64,000 nt of DNA from an uncultured Gaiellales bacterium (GTDB lineage: Bacteria; Actinomycetota; Thermoleophilia; Gaiellales; Gaiellaceae): the NCBI GenBank assembly GCA_964578545.1, contig CAZODN010000001.1:8139-72138 (forward strand). The letters are read 5' to 3'. A program made the position numbers and the translations under genes. Below, piece by piece: positions 17,539-26,400 of the stretch (position 1 is the first letter of the stretch; every line of letters starts with the position of its first letter). The notes beneath the pieces were generated by a model. The model saw nothing but the letters and a program-made list of their open reading frames with translations, was not told the origin of the DNA and did not search any database.

Positions 17539-18273
17539 ATGCGACGAGCCCTCGGACCGCTCCTCTGCGAGCTGCACGCCCACTCGACGTGGTCCGACGG
17601 CGCGCTCACGGTTCCGGAGCTCGTGGACTTCCACGGGCGCAACGGGTTCGACGTCCTCGCCGTCACCGACCACGTCGTCCGCTCGGACGACCCGTGGCGC
17701 CTCCAGCTGGAGGTTCCCTTCTCGTCCGTCGACGAGGAGTCCTGGCCGGGGTACCTCGCCGAGGTCGAGCGGGAGGCCGCCCGCGCGTGGCGGACGTACG
17801 GGATGCTCGTCGTCCCGGGCCTCGAGCTCACGTACAACGACGACGTGCCCGACCGGGCCGCGCACGCGGTCGCCATCGGGCTCCGTCGGTTCGTCTCGGT
17901 CGACGAGGGGATCGCCGAGGCGATGAGAACGGCCGCCGAGGCCGGCGCCGCGCTCGTCGCGGCGCACCCGAACGGAAGCGAGCCCGCGACGAGCCCCGGA
18001 CGTCTCACGAGACGCTTCTCGCGCGACGCCGAGCTCCGCGGGCTCGCGCACCGGTTCGAGCTCTTCAACCGGACGCAGCTCTTCTCCTGGGTCGCGGACG
18101 CCGGCCTCTCCTCGGTCGCGTCCGGTGACTTCCACTCCCCCGAGCACGTCGCGGGCTGGAAGACCCTCCTCCCGAGCCTCCACGAGGAGGCGGCGGTCGT
18201 CGACTACCTCCGCTCACCACGCCCCGTGTACCTCATCAGGCTCGAGGCGGATACCGCGCGCATCGCCGCCTGA
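17539..18273 (+). CDS. PHP (polymerase/histidinol phosphatase) domain protein
   Basis: From ATG 17539: MRRALGPLLCELHAHSTWSDGALTVPELVDFHGRNGFDVLAVTDH. Confidence 0.75.
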   Translation: MRRALGPLLCELHAHSTWSDGALTVPELVDFHGRNGFDVLAVTDHVVRSDDPWRLQLEVPFSSVDEESWPGYLAEVEREAARAWRTYGMLVVPGLELTYNDDVPDRAAHAVAIGLRRFVSVDEGIAEAMRTAAEAGAALVAAHPNGSEPATSPGRLTRRFSRDAELRGLAHRFELFNRTQLFSWVADAGLSSVASGDFHSPEHVAGWKTLLPSLHEEAAVVDYLRSPRPVYLIRLEADTARIAA

Positions 18274-18280
18274 GCGCGGG

Positions 18281-18286
18281 TACCGT
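18281..18286 (+). promoter_or_regulatory. -10-like TACCGT, 7 nt upstream of GTG 18294 (leaderless-type)
   Basis: Read directly; fits the TANNNT pattern. Confidence 0.3.
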
Positions 18287-18293
18287 TCTCCAC

Positions 18294-19349
18294 GTGGGCG
18301 CGGTCGAGACGAGGACGCTCCCCTGGAGCTGGTACACGGACCCGACCGTCCTTCGGCTGGAGCAGGAGCGGATCTTCCACCACGCCTGGCAGTACGTCGC
18401 CCGCAGGGACGAGATCGCCGAGCCCGGCTCCTTCCTCGCGGCGCAGGTCGGCCACGTTCCGGTCGTGCTCGTCCGCGACGAGGACGGACTGCTGCGCGCC
18501 TTCCTCAACGTGTGCCGGCACCGGGGCTCGCTCGTCTGCGAGGGCTCTGGGAAGCGCGCGACGCTCCAGTGCCCGTACCACGCCTGGACGTACGGCCTCG
18601 ACGGGCGCCTCGTCGCCGCCCCTCGCTTCGCGCGCGAGGGCGGAAGCGACGCGGCCGAGCTCGGGCTCGTGCCGGTGCAGGTCGACACCTGGGGGCCGCT
18701 CGTCTTCGTCAACCCCGACGTCGACGCTCCCCCACTCGCCGAGCACCTCGGCGACGTCCCGGAGCGGATCCGGGCCGCCGGGATCGACCTCGACGCCCTC
18801 CGCTTCCTCCAGCGCGCCGAGTGGGAGGTCGAGGGCAACTGGAAGATCTCGGCCGAGAACTTCCTCGAGTGCTACCACTGCCCGGTCGCCCACCCCGGCT
18901 TCTCCGCGGCGATGGACGTGTCGCCCGAGGCCTACCTGCTCGAGGTCGAGGGGAACCGGATGACGCAGCACGGCCCGCCGCGGCCCGAGCCGAAGGGGGG
19001 CTACGACCTCACCGGCGAGGTCGAGCGCGGCCAGTTCCACCTCCTCTTCCCGGGAACCGTGATCAACGTGATGCCCGGCCGGCCGAACTTCTCGATCGGG
19101 CCGATCCGCCCGCTCACGACCGAGCGCACGTCCCGCTTCCTCGACTACTTCGTGGCCGAGGACGCCGACCCGGGCTGGATCGAGGAGTCGCTCGAGTTCG
19201 ACCGCCAGGTCGGCGCCGAGGACAGCCTCCTCATCGCGCGCGTGCAGGCCGGCGTCCGCTCGGGCCTCGTCGAGCACGGACGCCTGCTGCCCGAGTCGGA
19301 GCAGCTCGTCGCGCACTTCCAGGCGCTCGTCGTCGACGCCCTCGCCTGA
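18294..19349 (+). CDS. Rieske (2Fe-2S) aromatic ring-hydroxylating oxygenase, alpha-subunit type
   Basis: CRHRGSLVC...CPYHAWTY is the Rieske motif, and NFLECYHCPVAHPGF is the mononuclear-iron region. Confidence 0.85.
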   Translation: MGAVETRTLPWSWYTDPTVLRLEQERIFHHAWQYVARRDEIAEPGSFLAAQVGHVPVVLVRDEDGLLRAFLNVCRHRGSLVCEGSGKRATLQCPYHAWTYGLDGRLVAAPRFAREGGSDAAELGLVPVQVDTWGPLVFVNPDVDAPPLAEHLGDVPERIRAAGIDLDALRFLQRAEWEVEGNWKISAENFLECYHCPVAHPGFSAAMDVSPEAYLLEVEGNRMTQHGPPRPEPKGGYDLTGEVERGQFHLLFPGTVINVMPGRPNFSIGPIRPLTTERTSRFLDYFVAEDADPGWIEESLEFDRQVGAEDSLLIARVQAGVRSGLVEHGRLLPESEQLVAHFQALVVDALA

Positions 19350-19518
19350 CGTCACCCGCGCCCGAGCACCCGCCGCCGTTCACCGACTCGTCGCCGGAGC
19401 GTCACCGCGCCGACACCCATCCCGCTCGTCCCGTGTGCGATGACTGCGGACGCATCGAGCAGGGCAGGGGCTTCCTGCTTCGGCCGACGACCTGACGCGG
19501 GGCCGAGCCGCAGGAAGG

Positions 19519-19556
19519 GGCAAGCGGGGGCCCGCCAGGGCCGGCCCCCGCTTGCC
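19519..19556 (+). terminator. GC-rich hairpin (14-bp arms GGCAAGCGGGGGCC / GGCCCCCGCTTGCC) downstream of the Rieske gene
   Basis: The arms at 19519..19532 and 19543..19556 are exact complements. No clear U-tract follows. Confidence 0.4.
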
Positions 19557-19597
19557 GCGTTCACCGGACGATTACCCCCGACCCGTCGCTGCCGATA

Positions 19598-19603
19598 CAG
19601 AAT
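19598..19603 (+). promoter_or_regulatory. -10-like CAGAAT, 6 nt upstream of GTG 19610 (ppk1; leaderless-type)
   Basis: Read directly. GTTCACC and GATTACC, 11 nt apart at 19559..19576, lie in the -35 area. Confidence 0.3.
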
Positions 19604-19609
19604 GTCGAC

Positions 19610-21700
19610 GTGGAGACGCGAATCGATACCGAGCCGGCGAGCCGCCTCCTCAACCGCGAGCTCTCCCAGATCGACTTCCACGCGCGGGTGCTCGAGCTCG
19701 CGAGCGACCAGACGCTGCCGCTCCTGGAGCGCGTCACCTTCTGCTCGATCTTCTCCTCGAACATCGACGAGTTCTTCCAGGTGCGCGTGGCAGGCCTCCT
19801 CGAGCAGGCCGAGTCGGGCCTCGCCATGCGCTCGGCCGACGGTCTCACGCCACAGCAGGCGCTCGCCCGCATCCGAGAGCGGATGCTCGGCCTCGTCGCG
19901 CAGCAGGCGCGAACCTGGAAGCGGGAGCTCCGGCCCGCGCTCGCCGAGGAGGGGATCGTCGTCGGGGGGATCGAGGACTGCACGTCGAAGGAGCTCGACC
20001 GCCTCCGGAAGCACTTCGAGCGCGAGATCTTCCCGATCCTGACGCCGCTCGCGGTGGGGCCGGGGCGCCCGTTCCCGTACATCTCCGACCTCTCGCTGTC
20101 GCTCGCCGTCTTCGTCGGCGACCCCGAGACCGGCGAGGAGCGCTTCGCGCGGGTGAAGATCCCGGAGGGCCTCCCCCGCTTCGTCGAGATCGGCAAGCGC
20201 GGTCTCTTCGTCCCGCTCGAGCAGGTGGTGGCGCACTTCCTGCCGACGCTCTTCCCGGGCGCGACGGTTCTCGAGCGGGCGGTCTTCCGGGTGACCCGGG
20301 ACGCCGACTTCGAGGTCTCGGACGACGCGAGCGATCTGCTCGAAGCCGTCGAGAGCGAGCTGCGCAAGCGGCGCTTCGGGGATGTCGTGCGGCTCGAGGT
20401 CAGCTCGTCGGCCACGACGGCGATGGTGGCCCGGCTCCAGGAGGGCCTGGGCGCCGACGAGACGCAGGTCTACCGCGTGGACACGCTCCTCGACCTCGCC
20501 GACCTCCGGGAGCTCGCCGCGCTCGACCGCCCCGACCTCAAGCTGACGCCCTGGGTGCCCGTCGTCCCGCCGCGGTTCCTGCGGGCGCAGGGCGACGTCA
20601 CGCGGATCTTCGACGAGATCAAGCGCGGTGACATCGCCGTCCACCAGCCGTACGAGTCGTTCCGCGCGAGCTTCGAGCTCTTCGCCCAGGCGGCGGTCCA
20701 GGACTCCGACGTGATCGCGATGAAGACGGCCGTCTACCGAACGAGCGACGACAGCGCGCTCATCGGCGCGCTCATCCAGGCCGCCGAAGAGGGCAAGCAG
20801 GCGGTGTGCCTCGTCGAGCTCAAGGCGCGCTTCGACGAGCGCCGCAACATCGAGTGGTCGCGCGCGCTCGAGAAGGCGGGTGTCCACGTCGCATACGGGT
20901 TCCCCGACCTCAAGATCCACGCGAAGATGACGCTCGTCGTCCGGCGCGAGGGCAAGGAGCTCAAGCGCTACGCGCACATCGGGACGGGCAACTACCACGC
21001 CGCCACCGCTCGCCTGTACGAGGACCTCGGGATCTTCACGGCGGACGAGGACATCTGCGCGGACGTCGCCGACCTCTTCAACTACATCACCGGGTTCGGC
21101 CGCCCGCAGCAGTTCCGGAAGCTCCTCGTCGCCCCGTTCACGCTCCGCAGCGGGCTCGTCGAGGAGATCCGAGCCGTCGCCACCGCGGCGGCCGCAGGCG
21201 AGCACGCGCGGATCAGGCTCAAGATGAACCACCTCGTCGATCGAGCCATCGTGGACGAGCTGTACGCCGCCTCGCAGGCCGGCGCGAGCATCGACATCAT
21301 CGCGCGGACGACGTGCTCGCTGCGTCCCGGCGTCGAGGGGCTCTCCGAGAACATCCGCGTCCGCTCGATCGTCGGGCGCTTCCTCGAGCACAGCCGCATC
21401 TACGACTTCGAGGCTGGCGACCGGTCGATGACGTACATCGGGAGCCCGGACCTCATGGGCCGAAACCTCGACCACCGCATCGAGGTCGTCGTCCCCGTCG
21501 AGAACGCGCGGATCAAGCAGGAGGTGAGCGGGATCCTCGACAGCGCCCTCGCCGACGACACGAACGCGTGGGCGCTCGCGCCCGACGGAACCTGGTCTCG
21601 CATCCCGACCTCCGAGAAGCCGCGCACGCACCAGGCGACGATGATGCGCCGTGCCGCCGTGCGGTCGCGGCGACGCGCCCGCGAGCAGCGGAGTGTCTGA
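19610..21700 (+). CDS. ppk: Polyphosphate kinase 1
   Basis: 696 aa. LLNRELSQIDFHARVLELASDQTLPLLERVTFCSIFSSNIDEFFQVRVAGL...GTGNYHAATARLYEDLGIFT...GSPDLMGRNLDHRIEVVVPV are PPK1 hallmarks. Confidence 0.92.
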   Translation: METRIDTEPASRLLNRELSQIDFHARVLELASDQTLPLLERVTFCSIFSSNIDEFFQVRVAGLLEQAESGLAMRSADGLTPQQALARIRERMLGLVAQQARTWKRELRPALAEEGIVVGGIEDCTSKELDRLRKHFEREIFPILTPLAVGPGRPFPYISDLSLSLAVFVGDPETGEERFARVKIPEGLPRFVEIGKRGLFVPLEQVVAHFLPTLFPGATVLERAVFRVTRDADFEVSDDASDLLEAVESELRKRRFGDVVRLEVSSSATTAMVARLQEGLGADETQVYRVDTLLDLADLRELAALDRPDLKLTPWVPVVPPRFLRAQGDVTRIFDEIKRGDIAVHQPYESFRASFELFAQAAVQDSDVIAMKTAVYRTSDDSALIGALIQAAEEGKQAVCLVELKARFDERRNIEWSRALEKAGVHVAYGFPDLKIHAKMTLVVRREGKELKRYAHIGTGNYHAATARLYEDLGIFTADEDICADVADLFNYITGFGRPQQFRKLLVAPFTLRSGLVEEIRAVATAAAAGEHARIRLKMNHLVDRAIVDELYAASQAGASIDIIARTTCSLRPGVEGLSENIRVRSIVGRFLEHSRIYDFEAGDRSMTYIGSPDLMGRNLDHRIEVVVPVENARIKQEVSGILDSALADDTNAWALAPDGTWSRIPTSEKPRTHQATMMRRAAVRSRRRAREQRSV

Positions 21701-21721
21701 CCAGCCGCCCCCGACACCAGA

Positions 21722-22618
21722 ATGCCGCTCGTGAAGGTCGCCGTCGTCGACATCGGCTCCAACACCGCGCGCCTCCTCGTCGCGGACGTGGACGGAGGCA
21801 AGGTCGCCCAGACCCGTCGCGAGCGGCACTACCTCCGGCTCGGCGATGACGTCTACGTCCTCGGCCGTATCGGTCGGGCGAAGCTCGAGGAGACGCGAGA
21901 GGTCGCCCGGCGATTCGCGCGGCTGGCTCGCAAGGGAGGCGCCGAGCGCATCGAGACGATCGTGACCGCGCCGGGGCGCCAGGCAGCGAACGGCGACGAG
22001 CTTCGCGCCGTCCTCGCCGAGGCGACGAAGGCACCGGTCGTCCAGCTCGAAGGGGACGACGAGGGCCGGCTCGCCTGGGAGGGCGCCGTCGCCCGGATGA
22101 AGCACCCTCGGGGCGCGGTCGCCGTGATCGACCTCGGGGGCGGCTCGTGCGAGCTCGCCGTCGGCGTTCCCGGCTCGAGCCCGGGCTGGGTGCGGTCGCT
22201 CGACACGGGGGCGCTCCGCGTCACGCGCGAGCACCTCGGCTCCCCGGTCTCGACGGCGGAGCAGGTGCTCGCAGCCGGCCATGCCGTCCGCTGCGCGCTC
22301 GACACGCTCGACCCGCCCGAGACGAGCACGACGCTCGCCGTCGGAGGCACGGCGCGTGCCATCGGCAGGATCGTCGGCGTGCGCTTCGGTGTCCGGGAGC
22401 TCGACGCGTTCACGGAGACACTCCGGCGCGTGCCCCCGGCGTCGCTGGTCACCGCGTACGGAGTGACGCCGGAGCGCGCCGCGACGCTCCTCGGCGGGAC
22501 GCTCGTGCTCGCGGAGCTCGCGTACCGGCTCGGCGCGACGCTCGAGGTCGGGCGCGGCGGGCTCCGCGAGGGCGCGGCCCTGATGCTCGCGCAGCCCGCG
22601 CGCGCGGCGGCCGCCTGA
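21722..22618 (+). CDS. ppx: Ppx/GppA family phosphatase (exopolyphosphatase-like)
   Basis: VKVAVVDIGSNTARLLVADV...VIDLGGGSCEL is the ASKHA/Ppx-GppA signature. The gene lies directly downstream of ppk1. Confidence 0.85.
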   Translation: MPLVKVAVVDIGSNTARLLVADVDGGKVAQTRRERHYLRLGDDVYVLGRIGRAKLEETREVARRFARLARKGGAERIETIVTAPGRQAANGDELRAVLAEATKAPVVQLEGDDEGRLAWEGAVARMKHPRGAVAVIDLGGGSCELAVGVPGSSPGWVRSLDTGALRVTREHLGSPVSTAEQVLAAGHAVRCALDTLDPPETSTTLAVGGTARAIGRIVGVRFGVRELDAFTETLRRVPPASLVTAYGVTPERAATLLGGTLVLAELAYRLGATLEVGRGGLREGAALMLAQPARAAAA

Positions 22619-22636
22619 GCGCTGGAGCCGCTGGAC

Positions 22637-23110
22637 TCAGCGAGACGCGGCCGCGAGAGCCGAGCGCACCGCCGCGGCGCTCGGCGGCGCGACGTACACG
22701 TCCGGCTGCCAGCTTCCGTCGACCCGGGTGAGGAACCAGCCTCCGCCCTTCTCGCACGTGATGCCCGCAGGGAAGAGCGCCTCGAACGCCTCGCGGTGCG
22801 TGCAGGCGAGCGTCGAGCGCTCGTCGAGGCCGTCGAGCAGGGTCGCGAGGCTCTCGTACGACGAGCCCGGCGCGAGCTCCTCACGGAGCTCGATCCCGAG
22901 TCCGAGCCGCGCCGCGAGCTCCTCGACGGTCTCGACCGAGCGGAGGAGCGGGCTCGAGAGGATGCGCTCGAAACCGAGAGGCGCAAGGGCGCGGCCGAGG
23001 CGCGCCGCCTCCAGCAGGCCCTGCTCGTCGAGCGGTCGCGAGCGGTCCAGGCTCGGCGAGGCGAGACGCTCGCCTGCGCTGGCGTGCCTGAGCAGGAAGA
23101 CGACCCCCAC
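22637..23110 (-). CDS. SixA-type histidine phosphatase family protein
   Basis: VGVVFLLRHASAGERLASPSLDRSRPLDEQGLLEAARLGRALAPLGFERILSSPLLRSVET contains the RHx catalytic motif. I prefer GTG 23110, which has GGAGAGGA upstream. The track start (TTG 23182) would make a TTGA overlap with the MIP stop. Confidence 0.7.
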   Translation of the reverse strand: MGVVFLLRHASAGERLASPSLDRSRPLDEQGLLEAARLGRALAPLGFERILSSPLLRSVETVEELAARLGLGIELREELAPGSSYESLATLLDGLDERSTLACTHREAFEALFPAGITCEKGGGWFLTRVDGSWQPDVYVAPPSAAAVRSALAAASR

Positions 23111-23178
23111 CCGATCTCGTTCCTCTCCCGTGGACGACGACGCGGCACCGGGGATTCTGTGCCGATCGCCGGGGGGCG

Positions 23179-23853
23179 TCAAGCCCGAACGTGCTCCGGG
23201 GCGCCTCCCCGGAGGAGGCCGTACACGAGCGCTCCGGCTCCCGCGCCGAGAACCGGCGCGACGAGGTAGATCCAGAGCGCGGAGAGCTCGCCCGAGGCCA
23301 GCGCGGGGCCGAGCGAGCGCGCCGGGTTCAGCGACGCGCCCGAGATCGGCCCTGCGACGAGCGCCGCGAGCGCGATCGTCCCGCCGATCGCGATGGCGGC
23401 CGCCTCTCCGACCGCCCGCGTGTCCGTCGCGACGGCCATGACGACGGTGACGAGGATCCCGGTGAGGAGCAGCTCCCAGACGAACGACTGCGCATCCGAC
23501 CCCGACGGCGACGTCGCGCCGACGCTCGCGACGTCGCCGAGCGACGCGCGCAGGACGAGCGCCGCCGCGATCGCGCCCGCGACCTGCGCCGCCCAGTACG
23601 CGGGCAGGCGCCGTACCGGGAAGTGGCGGCTGAGCGCGAAGCCGAGCGTCACGGCCGGGTTGAGGTGCGCGCCGGAGATGTGGCCGATCGCGTAGATCAT
23701 CGCCATGACGACGAGGCCGAAGGCGAGCGCGATCCCGACCTGCCCCAAGCCGGCGTCGCCGGCGTCGACCATGATCGCCCCGCAGCCCAGGAGCACGAGC
23801 GCGAACGTCCCGATCGCCTCGGCCGTCAGCGCCCGCGCGAGATCGGCCCGCAC
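23179..23853 (-). CDS. MIP family channel (aquaporin/aquaglyceroporin-like)
   Basis: Two NPA boxes (HLNPAVTL and SLNPARSL) and six hydrophobic segments. The gene starts 2 nt after the arsR stop. Confidence 0.88.
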   Translation of the reverse strand: MRADLARALTAEAIGTFALVLLGCGAIMVDAGDAGLGQVGIALAFGLVVMAMIYAIGHISGAHLNPAVTLGFALSRHFPVRRLPAYWAAQVAGAIAAALVLRASLGDVASVGATSPSGSDAQSFVWELLLTGILVTVVMAVATDTRAVGEAAAIAIGGTIALAALVAGPISGASLNPARSLGPALASGELSALWIYLVAPVLGAGAGALVYGLLRGGAPEHVRA

Positions 23854-23854
23854 G

Positions 23855-24205
23855 TCAGGCTGTCGTGAGAGAGGCGGGCTCTTCGAGGAGGACGCCGATG
23901 CGCTCGAGGGCGCCCGGCTTCAACCGGTAGTACGCGAAGGTGCCGCGCTTCTCCCGCTCGAGCAGCCCTGCCTCGACGAGCTGCTTGAGGTGGTGGGAGA
24001 CGGTCGGCTGGGAGATGCCGAGCGTCGGCTGGAACTCGCAGACGCAGACCGGTTCCCCGTGTGCCTGCAGGAGGGCATTGAGGATCCGGAGCCGGTTGCG
24101 GTCGGCGAGCGCCTTGAACAGGCGCTCGAGCTCGGCCGCCTCGTCGACCGAGAGCGTCGAGCCCGCGAGCGGGGTGCAGCACTCGACGAGCGGGAGCTCC
24201 TTCAT
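23855..24205 (-). CDS. arsR: ArsR/SmtB family metalloregulator
   Basis: LFKALADRNRLRILNALLQAHGEPVCVCEFQPTLGISQPTVSHHLKQLVEAGLL has a CVC metalloid-binding motif in the HTH region. Confidence 0.88.
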   Translation of the reverse strand: MKELPLVECCTPLAGSTLSVDEAAELERLFKALADRNRLRILNALLQAHGEPVCVCEFQPTLGISQPTVSHHLKQLVEAGLLEREKRGTFAYYRLKPGALERIGVLLEEPASLTTA

Positions 24206-24211
24206 CGCCAG

Positions 24212-24235
24212 CGATGGTATCGACTGCCTTCGATG
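24212..24235. promoter_or_regulatory. CGATGG / ATCGA / TCGATG half-site cluster abutting the arsR start (candidate ArsR operator; overlaps a TACCAT -10-like box on the minus strand)
   Basis: The sequence is gCGATGGTATCGActgccTTCGATGcg. The same CCATCGA/TCGATGG heptamer recurs four times upstream of acr3 (26248..26343). Confidence 0.4.
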
Positions 24236-24330
24236 CGCTGCCCGACGCTCACCACATATTTACCAGAGTCGATATTGACGACGCCCGATCTCTTCTGCGA
24301 GCATCAGGTCGTCGCGACGAAGGAGGAGAA

Positions 24331-24978
24331 GTGACCAACGTGTACGACCCCGTCACTCGCGCGCACGTCGAGAAGGCGGCCGAGGCGCTCCAGGACGAGT
24401 TCGCAGGCACCTTCTCGAAGGAGACGATCCAGCGCTTCCTGACGGAGTCGGTGGACCTCCTCGGCGAGTCGAAGATCAACGTGTTCGTGCCCGTCCTCGC
24501 CTACCGCTTCGCGCGCGAGCGCCTGCGGGCCCTGGCGCAGGCCGAGCGCCTCGTCACGAAGGAGAAGCCGGAGGTGCTCTTCGTCTGCGTCCAGAACGCG
24601 GGGCGAAGCCAGATGGCTGCCGGCCTCGTGAACCTTCGCTCGGACGGCGCGGTGCACGTTCGCTCGGCCGGGTCCGATCCGGCGGAAGTCGTCAACCCGC
24701 ACGTCGCGGAGGTGATGTCGGAGCTGGGCGTCGACCTCGCCGACGCCTTCCCGAAGCCACTCACCGACGAAGTCGTACGGGCGGCTGACGTCGTCATCAC
24801 CATGGGCTGCGGCGACGCGTGCCCGATCTACCCCGGCAAGCGCTACGAGGACTGGGTCGTCGCCGATCCCGCCGAGGCGGGCTCCCTCGACGAGGTGCGG
24901 GCGATCCGGGACGACCTCGACGCGCGCGTGCGGCGGCTGCTCGCGGAGCTCGAGGCCGAGCCGGCGACGACGCGCTGA
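24331..24978 (+). CDS. arsC: Arsenate reductase of the LMW-PTP type with an N-terminal helical extension
   Basis: GTG 24331 is preceded by AGGAGGAG. The CX5R loop is LFVCVQNAGRSQMAAGL, and the downstream Cys pair is TMGCGDACP. The N-terminal roughly 75 aa form a separate helical module. Confidence 0.85.
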   Translation: MTNVYDPVTRAHVEKAAEALQDEFAGTFSKETIQRFLTESVDLLGESKINVFVPVLAYRFARERLRALAQAERLVTKEKPEVLFVCVQNAGRSQMAAGLVNLRSDGAVHVRSAGSDPAEVVNPHVAEVMSELGVDLADAFPKPLTDEVVRAADVVITMGCGDACPIYPGKRYEDWVVADPAEAGSLDEVRAIRDDLDARVRRLLAELEAEPATTR

Positions 24979-25719
24979 TCACGCGAGGACGGTGACGACC
25001 TTGTACGCGGTGACGACCACGATCAGCACCGCGAACAGCTGCTTGACCCACCCGGCCGGAACGTAGAGGCTCGTGATCCGGGCGCCCAGGAAGGAGCCCG
25101 AGACGCCGGCGATGAGCAGAGCGACGGTCAGCGTCGGGTCCCACGCCGCCGTGCTCAGGTGCGGGACGAGCGCGGTGAAGGACGGCGGGGTCACCGCGAT
25201 CGCGTTCATGGCGGCGGCGTGCTTCACCTCGACGCCGACCAGCACGAGCGTCGGGAGCAGGAGGAACCCCGGCCCGACGCCGAGGAGGCCGCTGAGTACC
25301 GCGATCGGGATCGCGAGCAGCACGGCGAGTCGGAAGCGAACCTTCGCCGGCGCCGCCTGCACCGGGCGGAACAGGCGAAACGCGAGGTAGCCGACCGCGG
25401 CGAGGTACACGGTCCAGATCAGCTCCGCCGCGACGACCTGGGCGAGCAGCGCTCCGACGGGAGCGGCGACCGCCGTCACCCCGGCGAGGATGCCCGCCCG
25501 GCGCCAGTCCACGAGGCCGCTGCGGGCGAAGCCGATCGCCGCGGCGAACGCGGTCGCGCCGTTCAGCAGCAGGCTGAGCGGCTGCACCTCGTTCACGAGG
25601 TCGGACATGAAGAGCGAGAGGAAGGGAACGGCGGCGAAGGCGACGCCGAGCCCGAGCATCCCCGACACGATCGCGAGGACGAGAAGGCCGATCACCATCA
25701 CGACGGTCTCGGTGTCCAC
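24979..25719 (-). CDS. TauE/SafE family sulfite-exporter-like membrane protein
   Basis: From GTG 25719 (GGGGAGG upstream): ...VVMVIGLLVLAIVSGMLGLGVAFAAVPFL...LSGLLGVGPGFLLLP is the typical duplicated TauE motif. Confidence 0.8.
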   Translation of the reverse strand: MDTETVVMVIGLLVLAIVSGMLGLGVAFAAVPFLSLFMSDLVNEVQPLSLLLNGATAFAAAIGFARSGLVDWRRAGILAGVTAVAAPVGALLAQVVAAELIWTVYLAAVGYLAFRLFRPVQAAPAKVRFRLAVLLAIPIAVLSGLLGVGPGFLLLPTLVLVGVEVKHAAAMNAIAVTPPSFTALVPHLSTAAWDPTLTVALLIAGVSGSFLGARITSLYVPAGWVKQLFAVLIVVVTAYKVVTVLA

Positions 25720-25745
25720 GGCTACCTCCCCTCGGACGGCCTCGA

Positions 25746-26189
25746 CTACTCGCCGTGCACGCCGGAGCCGACGGACGCCTCGGCACAAACGGTGCCGCTG
25801 ACCTCGCAGACCGCGGCGAGCGTGTTGAAGACGGACCCGAACTTCACGAGGTTGCGACGCAGGAGCTCGACGCGCTCCGGCGGCTCGTCGGTCGCGAGCA
25901 CGAGCTCGTACTCGACCCTCGTGAAGCGCGGCGGCGACTCCTGGCGCTCGGCGACGACTCTCACCCGCGCGCCCTCCTGCCGGAACCCGAGCAGGCGGGA
26001 GAAGCGCTCGACGTTCTTCAGCATGCACGCGGCGAATGCCGTCGCGAGCAGCTCACCGGGACCGGGCAGCTCGTCGCGAGGCTCCGGGGACGTGTCGAAG
26101 ACGACGGCGCTGCGTTTCATCCGGGCCTCGGACGTGCCCGGCGCGAGGATGCTCGCCTCCACCTCGTACAGGAGCGGAGCGTTCACCAT
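25746..26189 (-). CDS. OsmC/Ohr family protein (147 aa)
   Basis: From ATG 26189 (GAAGGAGG upstream): MVNAPLLYEVEASI...GELLATAFAACMLKNVERF...LAAVCEVSGTV has two conserved Cys regions. Confidence 0.8.
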   Translation of the reverse strand: MVNAPLLYEVEASILAPGTSEARMKRSAVVFDTSPEPRDELPGPGELLATAFAACMLKNVERFSRLLGFRQEGARVRVVAERQESPPRFTRVEYELVLATDEPPERVELLRRNLVKFGSVFNTLAAVCEVSGTVCAEASVGSGVHGE

Positions 26190-26247
26190 GGTGACCTCCT
26201 TCTCGCCGGAACGTGCACGCTCGACAGCTCGGGCCAAGCGTAGAACT

Positions 26248-26343
26248 CCATCGACGTCCATCGATTCGTAGGTATCCCGCAATCGGGTAGGGGATTCCCC
26301 CGAGGCCTCCCTGTGGTCGATCACCATCGACGCCTGTCGATGG
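26248..26343. promoter_or_regulatory. Four copies of the heptamer CCATCGA/TCGATGG, including the inverted pair CCATCGA-N6-TCGATGG (candidate ArsR operators for acr3 and the divergent OsmC-TauE genes)
   Basis: CCATCGA occurs at 26248, 26258 and 26324. TCGATGG occurs at 26337. TCGAT also occurs at 26317. All were read directly. Confidence 0.45.
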
Positions 26344-26348
26344 AGCTG

Positions 26349-26354
26349 TAGTCT
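26349..26354 (+). promoter_or_regulatory. -10-like TAGTCT, 7 nt upstream of ATG 26362
   Basis: Fits TANNNT. The heptamer pair lies where a -35 element would be. Confidence 0.35.
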
Positions 26355-26361
26355 CCTGGGC

Positions 26362-26400
26362 ATGAGACCGCCTGCCTCGGGTCGAGCGCCCACCACATGA
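26362..26400 (+). CDS. Candidate leaderless 12-codon uORF (MRPPASGRAPTT) whose TGA overlaps the acr3 ATG (ATGA)
   Basis: The ATG at 26362 sits at the predicted transcription start. The stop at 26398..26400 overlaps ATG 26397..26399. No Shine-Dalgarno sequence is visible in front of acr3. Confidence 0.3.
   Translation: MRPPASGRAPTT

Noticed and set aside
14679-18068. Single 1129-aa ORF suggested by the track
   Set aside because: Only the last 387 codons (the LtrA-like membrane protein from ATG 15842) look real. The upstream part is Arg/Ala-rich and overlaps, out of frame, the well-supported peptidase gene 15839..17428.
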